Assembly (NCBI GenBank): GCA_035295225.1
Contig: DATGJI010000016.1
Coordinates: 1,243-65,242, forward strand
Reading direction: 5' to 3'
DNA: 64,000 nt
Source of the DNA: Candidatus Eremiobacteraceae bacterium
GTDB lineage: Bacteria; Vulcanimicrobiota; Vulcanimicrobiia; Eremiobacterales; Eremiobacteraceae
Of this stretch, positions 46,754 to 54,834 are shown in pieces (positions within the stretch are counted from its first letter, which is position 1; each line of letters begins with the position of its first letter). The notes beneath the pieces are model-generated. The model made no database searches. It had not been told where the DNA came from and worked only from the letters and a program-made list of their open reading frames with translations. The position numbers and the translations under genes were made by a program.

Positions 46754-46831
46754 ATGGCAGCTAAGAAAAAGGCGGCAAAGAAGACAACGAAAAAGGCCGC
46801 TAAGAAATCCAAGAAGGCCAAGAAGCGCTAA
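46754..46831 (+). CDS. 25-aa Lys/Ala-rich basic microprotein
   Basis: MAAKKKAAKKTTKKAAKKSKKAKKR. GGAGG 9 nt upstream; strong intrinsic terminator 17 nt downstream. Not in the ORF track because it is too short. Confidence 0.55.
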   Translation: MAAKKKAAKKTTKKAAKKSKKAKKR

Positions 46832-46847
46832 GCTTCTATAGGCTGAG

Positions 46848-46881
46848 GAGAGCGAGACGAAAGTTTCGCTCTCTTTTATTT
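46848..46881 (+). terminator. rho-independent terminator of the microprotein gene
   Basis: GAGAGCGAGAC-GAAA-GTTTCGCTCTC (11-bp stem, GAAA loop) followed by TTTTATTT. Confidence 0.75.
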
Positions 46882-46904
46882 CTGCGCCACGTACGCGACA
46901 AACC

Positions 46905-47042
46905 GACGGCGCGGCATGCCCCGCGAGGACGCTCCTTCGCTCGCATCCAGCTCGCTACGTCGCTCGGTTCGCTCGTCGCTCTCGCCCTCCATGGCTTCGC
47001 TCCTCGCTCAACGCCTCGCTTGGGCATGCCGCGCCGGCCGTC
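46905..47042. repeat. long-range inverted repeat closing a 100-nt TCGCT-rich loop
   Basis: GACGG+CGCGGCATGCCC (46905-46921) pairs with GGGCATGCCGCG+(CCGG bulge)+CCGTC (47022-47042). The loop holds 8 TCGCT pentamers. Confidence 0.6.
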
Positions 47043-47218
47043 ATCGCAACGTCGCACCGGATCACCGGCGATGTCGAAAGCCGGGGCGTTTGAGGCGGCG
47101 AGAGCCGCCGAAATCGAGCGGCGGAGTTTGGTCATCCCGATGATCCGCCGCGTCCCCGGCACAGACATCGACCGGTGATCCGCGGCGACAAGAGCGGACG
47201 TTGCGCCGGCGCGGCGGT

Positions 47219-47431
47219 TCACTCGGTTATGACAGATATTGAGTGGCCGCGGTGCTCAGCCAGAAACGCAAGACCTTCGACCATCCACGTGTCCAGCCCG
47301 GAACTTGCGTGTTCGGAGACCTCCCTCGCGACGTGCTCGCGATCGCGCAACCAGCGCACGTGCACCGCGCCTTGACTCAGCCGGATAATCTCGCCGCAAT
47401 CCTCGCAAAAAAAGGCGGCGCTCGCGGTCAT
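47219..47431 (-). CDS. hypothetical 70-aa protein coupled to the PP2C phosphatase gene
   Basis: ATGA overlap with the phosphatase stop; contains a CEDCGE half zinc-ribbon-like motif. Confidence 0.4.
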   Translation of the reverse strand: MTASAAFFCEDCGEIIRLSQGAVHVRWLRDREHVAREVSEHASSGLDTWMVEGLAFLAEHRGHSISVITE

Positions 47432-48822
47432 TTGACGCGCAGGACGAGCAAGGCCAGGTCATCGGCGATCCGACCGCCGGCATGTCTCTCCACCCGGCGG
47501 ATGAGTTCCGCAGCGATTTTCTTCGGGTCTTCCCCGTCGTCGCGGATCCAGCGCATGACTCCCTCTTCGCCTACCATGACACCGCTGCTATTGCGCGCTT
47601 CGGTCAGGCCATCGGTGGCCAAGACGAGGACGTCGCCCGCGGTCAGCGTGACTCGCCTGCCCTCGAACGTCGAATCCAGCGTCAGGCCGATCACAGGACC
47701 TGTCACGTCGAGCATGCTCACGTCTCGCCCCTTGCGCAAGAACGCCTGAGGATGACCGGCGCTCGCATAGGAGAGCGACATATCGCGCTCGTCGAGGATG
47801 CCGACGAAGAGCGTCACGAACGATTCGGGATCGGACCCTGGCCTGATGAAGGCGCGGTTGAATTTGTGAAGCACGACCGCCGGATCACCGTTGTCTTCTG
47901 CCAGCGTTCTCGCCGAGTACTTGACGCGCGCGGTCTCGACCGCCGCGGTGAAGCCCTTTCCGGACACGTCGGCGACGAGAACGAGAGCGCGATTGTCATC
48001 GAGACGGTAGATGTCGAACAAGTCGCCGCCGACGGCCGCCTCGCGAGAAGCCGAGACATATCCCGTCCCCACGCGCAAGTACGGCAGCGAGTCCCAGCCG
48101 CTCAAGAATCCGCGTTGCAGCGTATCGGCGACCGTACGCTCGCGATCGAGTGCGGCTTGCGTCCGTGACCGCACGATGTCCGCAAGGATCGCCAACATGC
48201 CGAACAGCAAGATCAGCGCCGCGCCGGTGATCGCCGATCGAACGAGAAGGTTTTGCGATTGCGTGGTCAACGCGTCGGCGCCGGCTGTGTAATCGTCCAA
48301 CAATTGTTTGAAGTCGGCGCGCATCTTGTCCACATAGTATTTTCCCAGCTGCAGACGCGCCATGGCGTCCGGCGCGTTCGGGTGTGGGATCAGTTCATCC
48401 GCGACTTGCTTCTGCCAATCGCTATGAGCGATGCGAAGGTCCTCGACGAGCGTCTGTTCCGCGGCGAGATGCTGGTCACGATTGAATTGCTGCAATTGCT
48501 GCAGCTTTGGGGCGAAGAGCGGGCTCGCGTCTTGGTACGGTTCGAGATAAACGCTCTGGCCGGACGCCATGTAGCCGCGAAGACTGGTTTCCTCATCAAG
48601 TTGAAGGCCGAGGAGTTCGCTGACCCTCTGCCGCGCGTCTTCGAACTTGCTGTGCCTTGCGAGCGCCGCGGTAGATGAACGGTAGAGGATGTACGAACCG
48701 GCGACGGAGACGACGAGAGCAAACGCGAGAATCGCCGCGGCCGTGAACGACCCGCCCGGTCGGCCCGACAGCGACCGAGAGGATTTCACCAAGGAGCTCG
48801 CTGCCGAGACGATGTTGCGCAT
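47428..48822 (-). CDS. CHASE3 sensor - TM - PP2C/SpoIIE-type Ser/Thr phosphatase
   Basis: LQLDEETSLRGYMASGQSVYLEPY (CHASE3-like); TM ALILLFGMLAILA; GGDLFDIYRLDDNRALVLVADVSGKG, ATDGLTEA. Confidence 0.8.
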   Translation of the reverse strand: MRNIVSAASSLVKSSRSLSGRPGGSFTAAAILAFALVVSVAGSYILYRSSTAALARHSKFEDARQRVSELLGLQLDEETSLRGYMASGQSVYLEPYQDASPLFAPKLQQLQQFNRDQHLAAEQTLVEDLRIAHSDWQKQVADELIPHPNAPDAMARLQLGKYYVDKMRADFKQLLDDYTAGADALTTQSQNLLVRSAITGAALILLFGMLAILADIVRSRTQAALDRERTVADTLQRGFLSGWDSLPYLRVGTGYVSASREAAVGGDLFDIYRLDDNRALVLVADVSGKGFTAAVETARVKYSARTLAEDNGDPAVVLHKFNRAFIRPGSDPESFVTLFVGILDERDMSLSYASAGHPQAFLRKGRDVSMLDVTGPVIGLTLDSTFEGRRVTLTAGDVLVLATDGLTEARNSSGVMVGEEGVMRWIRDDGEDPKKIAAELIRRVERHAGGRIADDLALLVLRVK

Positions 48823-48954
48823 ACTTTGCCGACTTAAGAGAGGAAAGGAGAATCGCTAGGCTCTCTAACAGCCCGGTGAAGTGTGGGAAATTTGGGGCTT
48901 CGTTGCCCTCATAAACCCGGCCTCCCCGCGAACTAACCGGACGGTACACGAGCA

Positions 48955-49278
48955 ATGAGCGAGCGGACGACCTTTGAGGACTTCTGGCCGAAGTATCTGC
49001 GCGAGCATGCCGATCCGAGGACGCGCGCGCTGCACCTGATCGGGGCGATGGCCGCGTTGAGCTGCGCGGGCGCGTTTGTGTGCACGAGGAACTGGTGGTG
49101 GCTGCCCGCGGCGCTCGTCGGAGGCTATGGTCCGGCGTGGTTCGCGCACATGGCAGTCGAAGGAAACCGGCCGGCGACATTGCGCGATCCGCTGCTGTCG
49201 CTACGCGGCGACTTCACGATGCTTGCGCATGCGCTCCGCGGCACGCTCGAGCGCGAGTGCGCGAAAGCCGGGGCTTAA
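48955..49278 (+). CDS. DUF962 (Mpo1-like) membrane protein
   Basis: TFEDFWPKYLREHADPRTRALHLIG and two TM segments. Confidence 0.7.
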   Translation: MSERTTFEDFWPKYLREHADPRTRALHLIGAMAALSCAGAFVCTRNWWWLPAALVGGYGPAWFAHMAVEGNRPATLRDPLLSLRGDFTMLAHALRGTLERECAKAGA

Positions 49279-49607
49279 GCCTTCGATTCGGCGAACGTTT
49301 CCTCGAGGATCGTCTGAAGTTCGCCGCTCTGGCGCATCGGCTCGAGGATGTCGGTGTCGCCATAGAACTTGCCGGCGATGAATACTTTCGGAAGCGTCGG
49401 CCAATCGGTCATCTCGGCAAGCGCTGCGCGCTTGTCGGCGTCGGCTAACGCGTCCACGACTTCGAACGGATAGCCGAACTGCTCAAAAAATTGGATGGTC
49501 TCAAGAGTGAAGCCGCAGCGCGGCATCGTCTTTGTGCCCTTGCCGTAGACGAGGATTTTGTTCGCCTGGATCTCGGCGTCGATCGCGCTCTTCATTTCAG
49601 GGTTCAT
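49275..49607 (-). CDS. Grx4-type monothiol glutaredoxin
   Basis: ILVYGKGTKTMPRCGFTLETIQFF (CGFT variant of CGFS), TLPKVFI. Confidence 0.85.
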   Translation of the reverse strand: MNPEMKSAIDAEIQANKILVYGKGTKTMPRCGFTLETIQFFEQFGYPFEVVDALADADKRAALAEMTDWPTLPKVFIAGKFYGDTDILEPMRQSGELQTILEETFAESKA

Positions 49608-49613
49608 GATACG

Positions 49614-49859
49614 TCAGCTCCCGGATTCTGGAACGGCTGTTTTGATTTCAACGGCGTGCAGGCGGCCGTCTTTCAATGCGTCGCCCAAGGCGGAATAGAT
49701 CAATCGGTTGCGGTCGAGCAACGGCATGCCTGCGAATCCGCGGGACACAACCAGAAGATTGTAGTGATCGAGCGTCCCTGTGCGGTCGCCCGTCTCGACG
49801 ACGGCATCCGGGAGGGCAGCTTTGATAAGCGTCTCGATTTGTTCGTGAGTTATCATCAC
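49614..49859 (-). CDS. BolA/IbaG family protein
   Basis: DHYNLLVVSRGFAGMPLLDRNRLIYSAL..LHAVEIKT; immediately upstream of Grx4. Confidence 0.8.
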   Translation of the reverse strand: MMITHEQIETLIKAALPDAVVETGDRTGTLDHYNLLVVSRGFAGMPLLDRNRLIYSALGDALKDGRLHAVEIKTAVPESGS

Positions 49860-49911
49860 TTATGCGCTTCGCCTAGGCGGCAGGGCAGTCTTGCCGATAA
49901 TCCTATTGAAG

Positions 49912-50595
49912 ATGGACTATACCAACATCTACGCGCTTACCGATAAGATCGGCGATGCGATAGCGGGCAACTTCTGGCTGTCGATAGCGCTCATGATGCT
50001 CGGCGGCGTGCTGAGCAGTTTGAGCCCATCGAGCGTCCCTCGTATGGTCGCGATCGTCAACTACTGCAGCCGGGAAGCGTTCACGCTTGGTCGTGGGGCC
50101 GCGCTCGCGGGCGCTTTCATGATGGGCATCTGCGTCGTATATTGCGGTGTCGGCGCGCTCGCCGGATCATTCGGCCAGCTGCTGAGCCTGACAGGTTTCC
50201 TTTATTACTTCACGGCCGCGCTCTGCCTCCTCATGGGTCTATCCATGATACGGCTCGTCGAAATCAAATGGAAGCTGCCGGAGTTGCCGATCATCGGACA
50301 CGGACTCGTCGGAGCGTTTCTCCTCGGCTTCGGCTTTGCGTTTCTCATCGCGCCCGATGCGACACCGTTCATGATCGCCGCACTTGCCGTGACGACGTTC
50401 AAGGGCAAAGTGCTGCTCGGCGCGACGCTTATGTTCGCATTTGGTGTCGGGCACGGTATCCCGGTGATGTTCGCCGGCATGCTGGCGCCGTGGTATACGC
50501 ACAATCCGAAGGTCAAGCGCTGGCAGCTTGCTTCCGAAATGGCGGCGGGTTACATCCTCGTCTTTCTCGCGATGTTCTTCACGGTGATCGCATGA
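49912..50595 (+). CDS. CcdA/DsbD-fold membrane protein lacking both redox cysteines
   Basis: GGVLSSLSPSSVP and FAFLIAPDATPFM occupy the places of the SPC..P and TPC..P motifs; 6 TM. Start ATG 49912 or TTG 49891. Confidence 0.6.
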   Translation: MDYTNIYALTDKIGDAIAGNFWLSIALMMLGGVLSSLSPSSVPRMVAIVNYCSREAFTLGRGAALAGAFMMGICVVYCGVGALAGSFGQLLSLTGFLYYFTAALCLLMGLSMIRLVEIKWKLPELPIIGHGLVGAFLLGFGFAFLIAPDATPFMIAALAVTTFKGKVLLGATLMFAFGVGHGIPVMFAGMLAPWYTHNPKVKRWQLASEMAAGYILVFLAMFFTVIA

Positions 50596-51173
50596 CCGAA
50601 GACGTGCGCCCGTATGTCATCCGAACGTACGATCGTTGGATCATCCTCGTGATCGTGCTCGTGGTCGGCTATATTCTGTTCCGGCCGATCTTCGCGTTCA
50701 CGGCGTACTATCGCGGTCTTAGCTTCGAGCGCATGCTCAGCATTCCGCCGGCGATGCACTACTACCAGCGCTCGATCGACATCGATCCGAATATCCCGGA
50801 TGGGTGGATCGGTCTTGGCACGCTGTACATGATGGATGGCCGTGTAGATAAGAGCGATCACGACCTTGCCGTGTCGACGTTCACGCGAGGCGCTGCGGCG
50901 AATCCTAAGAACGGCTTGTTGCCCTTCCTGCTCTGCCGCACGTACTACGAACAAGGTCATGACTTCAAAGACGCGCTCTCGGCATGCCTTGAGAGCGTAG
51001 GCCGCGATCCAAGCAACAAGTTCGCTTGGGACTACGCGGCGTGGTCGGCGATACAGACCGGAGATCCGAAAGATGCGATCCGCTATTGGACGCAAGCGCT
51101 CGCGATCGATCCGCGTTACTATAACGCGCGACTTGCGATCACCCGATTCCGGCCGCTGGCAAAAGGCATCTAA
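50592..51173 (+). CDS. membrane-anchored TPR repeat protein
   Basis: ATGA overlap with the CcdA-like gene; TM IILVIVLVVGYILF; TPR-like AMHYYQRSIDIDPN.., AIRYWTQALAIDPRY. Confidence 0.7.
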   Translation: MTEDVRPYVIRTYDRWIILVIVLVVGYILFRPIFAFTAYYRGLSFERMLSIPPAMHYYQRSIDIDPNIPDGWIGLGTLYMMDGRVDKSDHDLAVSTFTRGAAANPKNGLLPFLLCRTYYEQGHDFKDALSACLESVGRDPSNKFAWDYAAWSAIQTGDPKDAIRYWTQALAIDPRYYNARLAITRFRPLAKGI

Positions 51174-51225
51174 CGCAATTCGGGCAAGCGTTGCTTGCCG
51201 TACGACGATACCCTATTACGACAGC

Positions 51226-52029
51226 CTAGTGATGGTCTTTTCGCTGCGCCGGCCGGCGTGCGCGCATTTCATCGATCAGTTCAACGATACCGGCCGCAGC
51301 GGCGGAAAGGAGCTTGACGCCTTTTTCGGCGCTCGCCTTTGTCGGGTCTCCCATGACGCCGCTTTGCGAGATCGCACTCCAGTGCTCCATCATCACGAGC
51401 GGACCGTCGCCGCCCACGAGGTCGGTCCAGTAGTTCTTCGTGGGTTCGTGCGATAGTTCGCGCACGGCCTTCGACATGTCGACAAGATCGGGCCGCAGCG
51501 CCAGATAGATCGATGTCTCAAATTCGCACGCATGATTCATGCCGCCGACCAGATCGGATTCGCGCAGCGCCTCGGCGACTTCGTGGACGCCGGGCGCGTT
51601 CCAATAATTGACGGCAGCGACAAGAGCGCCGGTCTCAACGACAGTGAGCCGCGCGACGATATCCACGAACGGCGTATTGCTGCCGTGACCGTTGACGATG
51701 AGTATACGGCGAAATCCGTGATGCGCAAGGCTGCGGCACACGTCGACACAGTACTTGATGAACGTGTCGGCGCCGATCGTGAGCGCGCCGGGAAAATCCA
51801 TGTGATGCGGGCTGTAGCCGTGGTTGATCGGCGGGACGAGGACCGCTCGATCGGCGGCCGCTTTGACCGCCCGTTCGCAAGCTTCCGAACACAACAGGAC
51901 GTCGGTGTCGATCGGCAGATGCAGTCCATGATCTTCGATCGTCGCAACCGGCACGACCGCGACCTTGCCGGCCTCGGCAGCCTCTTTGACTTGCGGCCAC
52001 GTCAACTCGCCGTATCGATAGCTCGTCAT
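51226..52029 (-). CDS. creatininase-family amidohydrolase
   Basis: ATG 52029; VAVVPVATIEDHGLHLPIDTD, NHGYSPHH, IVNGHGSN, ACEFETS. Confidence 0.8.
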   Translation of the reverse strand: MTSYRYGELTWPQVKEAAEAGKVAVVPVATIEDHGLHLPIDTDVLLCSEACERAVKAAADRAVLVPPINHGYSPHHMDFPGALTIGADTFIKYCVDVCRSLAHHGFRRILIVNGHGSNTPFVDIVARLTVVETGALVAAVNYWNAPGVHEVAEALRESDLVGGMNHACEFETSIYLALRPDLVDMSKAVRELSHEPTKNYWTDLVGGDGPLVMMEHWSAISQSGVMGDPTKASAEKGVKLLSAAAAGIVELIDEMRARRPAQRKDHH

Positions 52030-52030
52030 T

Positions 52031-52591
52031 TCACGGCGCCTTTTTCGACTTGCGACATCCGGCGACCGATGGATCGTCGCTCGGAAATACGGCGAAGATC
52101 GTCCCCTTTTGAACCGTGATGTCTTTTCCGTGATGGAAATAGTCGAACGCGCCGACGGCGGCGCCAACCCCGACGACCGGGATCGCGCCGAGATATGCGG
52201 GCAGGCTGTCGGATGGGCCAGAGGCCTGAAGGGCAGAAGAGTTGTGATCGAGCACAACGCCCATTCTCTCGCCGTTCGGCATCTTGAAATACAGCGGTTC
52301 GAGCACGAGCGACCCGGCGCGTCCGCCTTTCGCGGCCGGTGAGGCGACAGTGACGATGCCCCAGCCCAGCGTGTGTTCTGCGAGCACGATACGGCCGTTA
52401 TAATCCACCGAATTTATCGTTTGGAAGCGGAAGAAATCGCCCGGACGGGCCGTCTTGGAATTGATCGCATCGACCGTTTGGACCGCGATCACGGTGCATT
52501 GCGGCAGGACGCTCGCGGATTGCGCGAGAGCTGGGACGGAGGCGAGTGCGGCCGCACAAGCAGCGGAGCAGATCGCGAATCGCGTGCGCAT
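52031..52591 (-). CDS. secreted hypothetical protein
   Basis: Signal peptide MRTRFAICSAACAAALASVPALAQS. The stop lies 1 nt before the creatininase-family start. Confidence 0.55.
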   Translation of the reverse strand: MRTRFAICSAACAAALASVPALAQSASVLPQCTVIAVQTVDAINSKTARPGDFFRFQTINSVDYNGRIVLAEHTLGWGIVTVASPAAKGGRAGSLVLEPLYFKMPNGERMGVVLDHNSSALQASGPSDSLPAYLGAIPVVGVGAAVGAFDYFHHGKDITVQKGTIFAVFPSDDPSVAGCRKSKKAP

Positions 52592-52693
52592 CGGACGAGA
52601 ATGCGCCGCATACGCGCGACACCCCTGGCGTGCGGACGCGCCCGCGGCGCAGTGTGGGAATGTGCTAAAAAGGCGATTCGCGAATCACGCCGC

Positions 52694-53635
52694 ATGCAGC
52701 CGAGCGCGCAATTCCCAGCCGAGCAGTCGCACGACGGTTCCTTCGTACGCCAACAGGATGTCTTCCGCGACTGGATCTCAAGCGACGGACGCACACGCTT
52801 TCCAGCGGTCGCCGGCCGCTACCATCTGTACGTCTCGTACGCGTGCCCGTGGGCGCACCGGACGATCATCGTGCGGTCGCTGCTCGGACTTGAAGATGCG
52901 ATCGGCATGTCCGTCGTGGACCCGGTGCGCGACGATCGCGGTTGGGCGTTTCGGGAGGGACCGGGTCACGGCGAAGACCCCATCAACGGGTTTGCGTTTC
53001 TTAGCCAAGCCTACATCGCCACGGATCCTGCGTATTCGGCGCGCGTCACGGTACCTGTGCTGTGGGATACCGTGACCAAGCGAATCGTGAACAACTCCGA
53101 CGACGACATCATGCGCATGTTCGAAACGGAGTTCATCGGTCTCGCGCGACACAAGCTCGATCTGTGCCCTGCGTCGCTCCGCGGGGAGATCGACGAACTC
53201 AACGAGCAGATCTTCGAAACGGTGAACGACGGCGTCTATCGCGCCGGGTTCGCGACCCGCCAGAGCGCCTACGAGCGCGCCGCTCGAACGCTGTTCGTAA
53301 ATCTCGACGCGCTCGACGAGCGCTTAGCCGACCGACGCTATCTCTTCGGCAAGAAGCCGCTCGAGACCGATTGGCGCCTTTTCGTGACGCTCATCCGCTT
53401 CGATGCCGTCTACGTCGGACATTTCAAGTGCAACCTGCGCCGCATCGTGGACTACCAAAACCTGTCGGGCTATCTGCGTGATCTCTACAAAATCGACGGC
53501 ATCGCGCGAACCGTGAACTTCGACCACATCAAGCGTCACTACTACATCACGCACGACGACATCAATCCCACCCGCATCGTGCCGATCGGGCCGCTCCTCG
53601 ATCTCGACGCTCCGCACGGCCGCGAGCGGCTCTGA
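52694..53635 (+). CDS. yqjG: glutathionyl-hydroquinone reductase (Xi-class GST, YqjG-like)
   Basis: ATG 52694; GRYHLYVSYACPWAHRTIIVRSL, VPVLWD, FVTLIRFDAVY. Confidence 0.85.
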   Translation: MQPSAQFPAEQSHDGSFVRQQDVFRDWISSDGRTRFPAVAGRYHLYVSYACPWAHRTIIVRSLLGLEDAIGMSVVDPVRDDRGWAFREGPGHGEDPINGFAFLSQAYIATDPAYSARVTVPVLWDTVTKRIVNNSDDDIMRMFETEFIGLARHKLDLCPASLRGEIDELNEQIFETVNDGVYRAGFATRQSAYERAARTLFVNLDALDERLADRRYLFGKKPLETDWRLFVTLIRFDAVYVGHFKCNLRRIVDYQNLSGYLRDLYKIDGIARTVNFDHIKRHYYITHDDINPTRIVPIGPLLDLDAPHGRERL

Positions 53636-54834
53636 CCGCCGTAAAAGGCCGCATCGACTATGTCGACGGCCTTCGCGCAGTCGCCATACTCCTCGTTCTC
53701 ATGCTCCACGCCGGCACGACGCATCTTCACCCGGCGCGCGGTTTGCCGTTCGATGTCGTCGATGTCGGTACGCACGGCGTCGACCTCTTCTTTGTCATTT
53801 CAGGTTTTGTGCTCTCGTATCCGACGCTCGCCAAACTCCATTCCGCGGGAGCGGCGACGTTTGACGTCGCCGGATTCTTCGCTCGCCGGGTCGTACGCAT
53901 CGTCCCCCCATACTGGGCGGCGCTCGGTGTCATGGCGATCGCGGCGACGCTGCTGACGCATGCGCACATCCCGCTGCCTTCGGGCGTCAACCCGCCGCGC
54001 AGCGTGATTGACATCGTCCGTCAGATGTTCTTCATCCAGCAGGCAGGCAGCGGCATACACCGCGCGGCGTGGGTCGTGGATCTTTTCTGGTCGCTTCAGG
54101 TCGAACTCGCCTGGTATCTATCGTTTCCGCTGGTGCTTTGGTTGTGGGTCCGCGCGCGGGTGTGGTTCTGGATCACCGCCGCACTCCCGAACTTCGTCGC
54201 GCTTTTCATCGCGCCCGGTCCTGGGAACTTGCTTCATAGCGCGGTGCTGCCGCTCACGCTGATGTGGCTCCCGTTCATGCTCGGCGTCGTCGCGGCCGAC
54301 GCGCATATCAGACGTCTACCACTGCAGCGCTGGGCGTGGGCCTTCTTCTTCGTTTTCGCAATCGCAGCGTTCTTCTTCGCACCGCGGCTTCCGGCGGGGA
54401 GCGGTCCCGTCGGGTGGTGGGGTCACGATCTCGTCTTATGGCATCTCGCGGCGTTCTGTTTCGTCGTCTGGGCAGGTCACGCTGCGCTGCTGCAACACGC
54501 GCTTTCATGGCGACCGCTGAAGATCACGGGCTTAGCATCGTATAGTATCTACTTGATGCACGCGCCGCTCGTGCATTCAAACGCGCTCGAACGTTTTGGC
54601 ATCACCGGCTGGCCGGCGTTCTTCACGAGCATGGCGATCGGCATGGCGGCGGGCTTTGGTTTCTGGGCGCTCGTCGAACGGCACTTCGTCGATACGAAAT
54701 TGCGCGACCACCTGGTCGCGGGTTTACAGCCTGTCATATCGGTGATCATGGGGTCGATTCGAGCGCCACGCAAGAATCTATTCGGAAGCGCGATCTCCGA
54801 AGCGGTGCCGCAAAGCGAGGATGCGAGGGCTTAG
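53632..54834 (+). CDS. acyltransferase family 3 (OafA-like) membrane protein; probable CTG start
   Basis: The conserved N-terminal motif RIDYVDGLRAVAILLVLMLH is encoded upstream of the first ATG (53701). The only in-frame start-like codon there is CTG 53632, overlapping the yqjG stop (CTGA). VDLFFVISGFVLS follows. Confidence 0.75.
   Translation: MTAVKGRIDYVDGLRAVAILLVLMLHAGTTHLHPARGLPFDVVDVGTHGVDLFFVISGFVLSYPTLAKLHSAGAATFDVAGFFARRVVRIVPPYWAALGVMAIAATLLTHAHIPLPSGVNPPRSVIDIVRQMFFIQQAGSGIHRAAWVVDLFWSLQVELAWYLSFPLVLWLWVRARVWFWITAALPNFVALFIAPGPGNLLHSAVLPLTLMWLPFMLGVVAADAHIRRLPLQRWAWAFFFVFAIAAFFFAPRLPAGSGPVGWWGHDLVLWHLAAFCFVVWAGHAALLQHALSWRPLKITGLASYSIYLMHAPLVHSNALERFGITGWPAFFTSMAIGMAAGFGFWALVERHFVDTKLRDHLVAGLQPVISVIMGSIRAPRKNLFGSAISEAVPQSEDARA

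Noticed and set aside
46836-47222. The 128-aa minus-strand ORF, and the 75-aa plus-strand ORF, in the gap after the microprotein gene.
   Set aside because: The minus ORF runs through the terminator hairpin and the TCGCT array and has Arg-rich composition. No SD or start context is present. The region is better described as a structured non-coding element.
51183-51199. The hairpin GGCAAGC-GTT-GCTTGCC between the convergent TPR and creatininase-family genes, as a possible terminator.
   Set aside because: It has a 7-bp stem with a 3-nt loop and no flanking T-run on either strand. This is too weak to call.
52373-52693. The N-terminal 107-residue extension of the YqjG ORF.
   Set aside because: It overlaps the convergent-strand secreted protein gene and is Arg-rich. 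YqjG homologues begin close to the ATG 52694 region.
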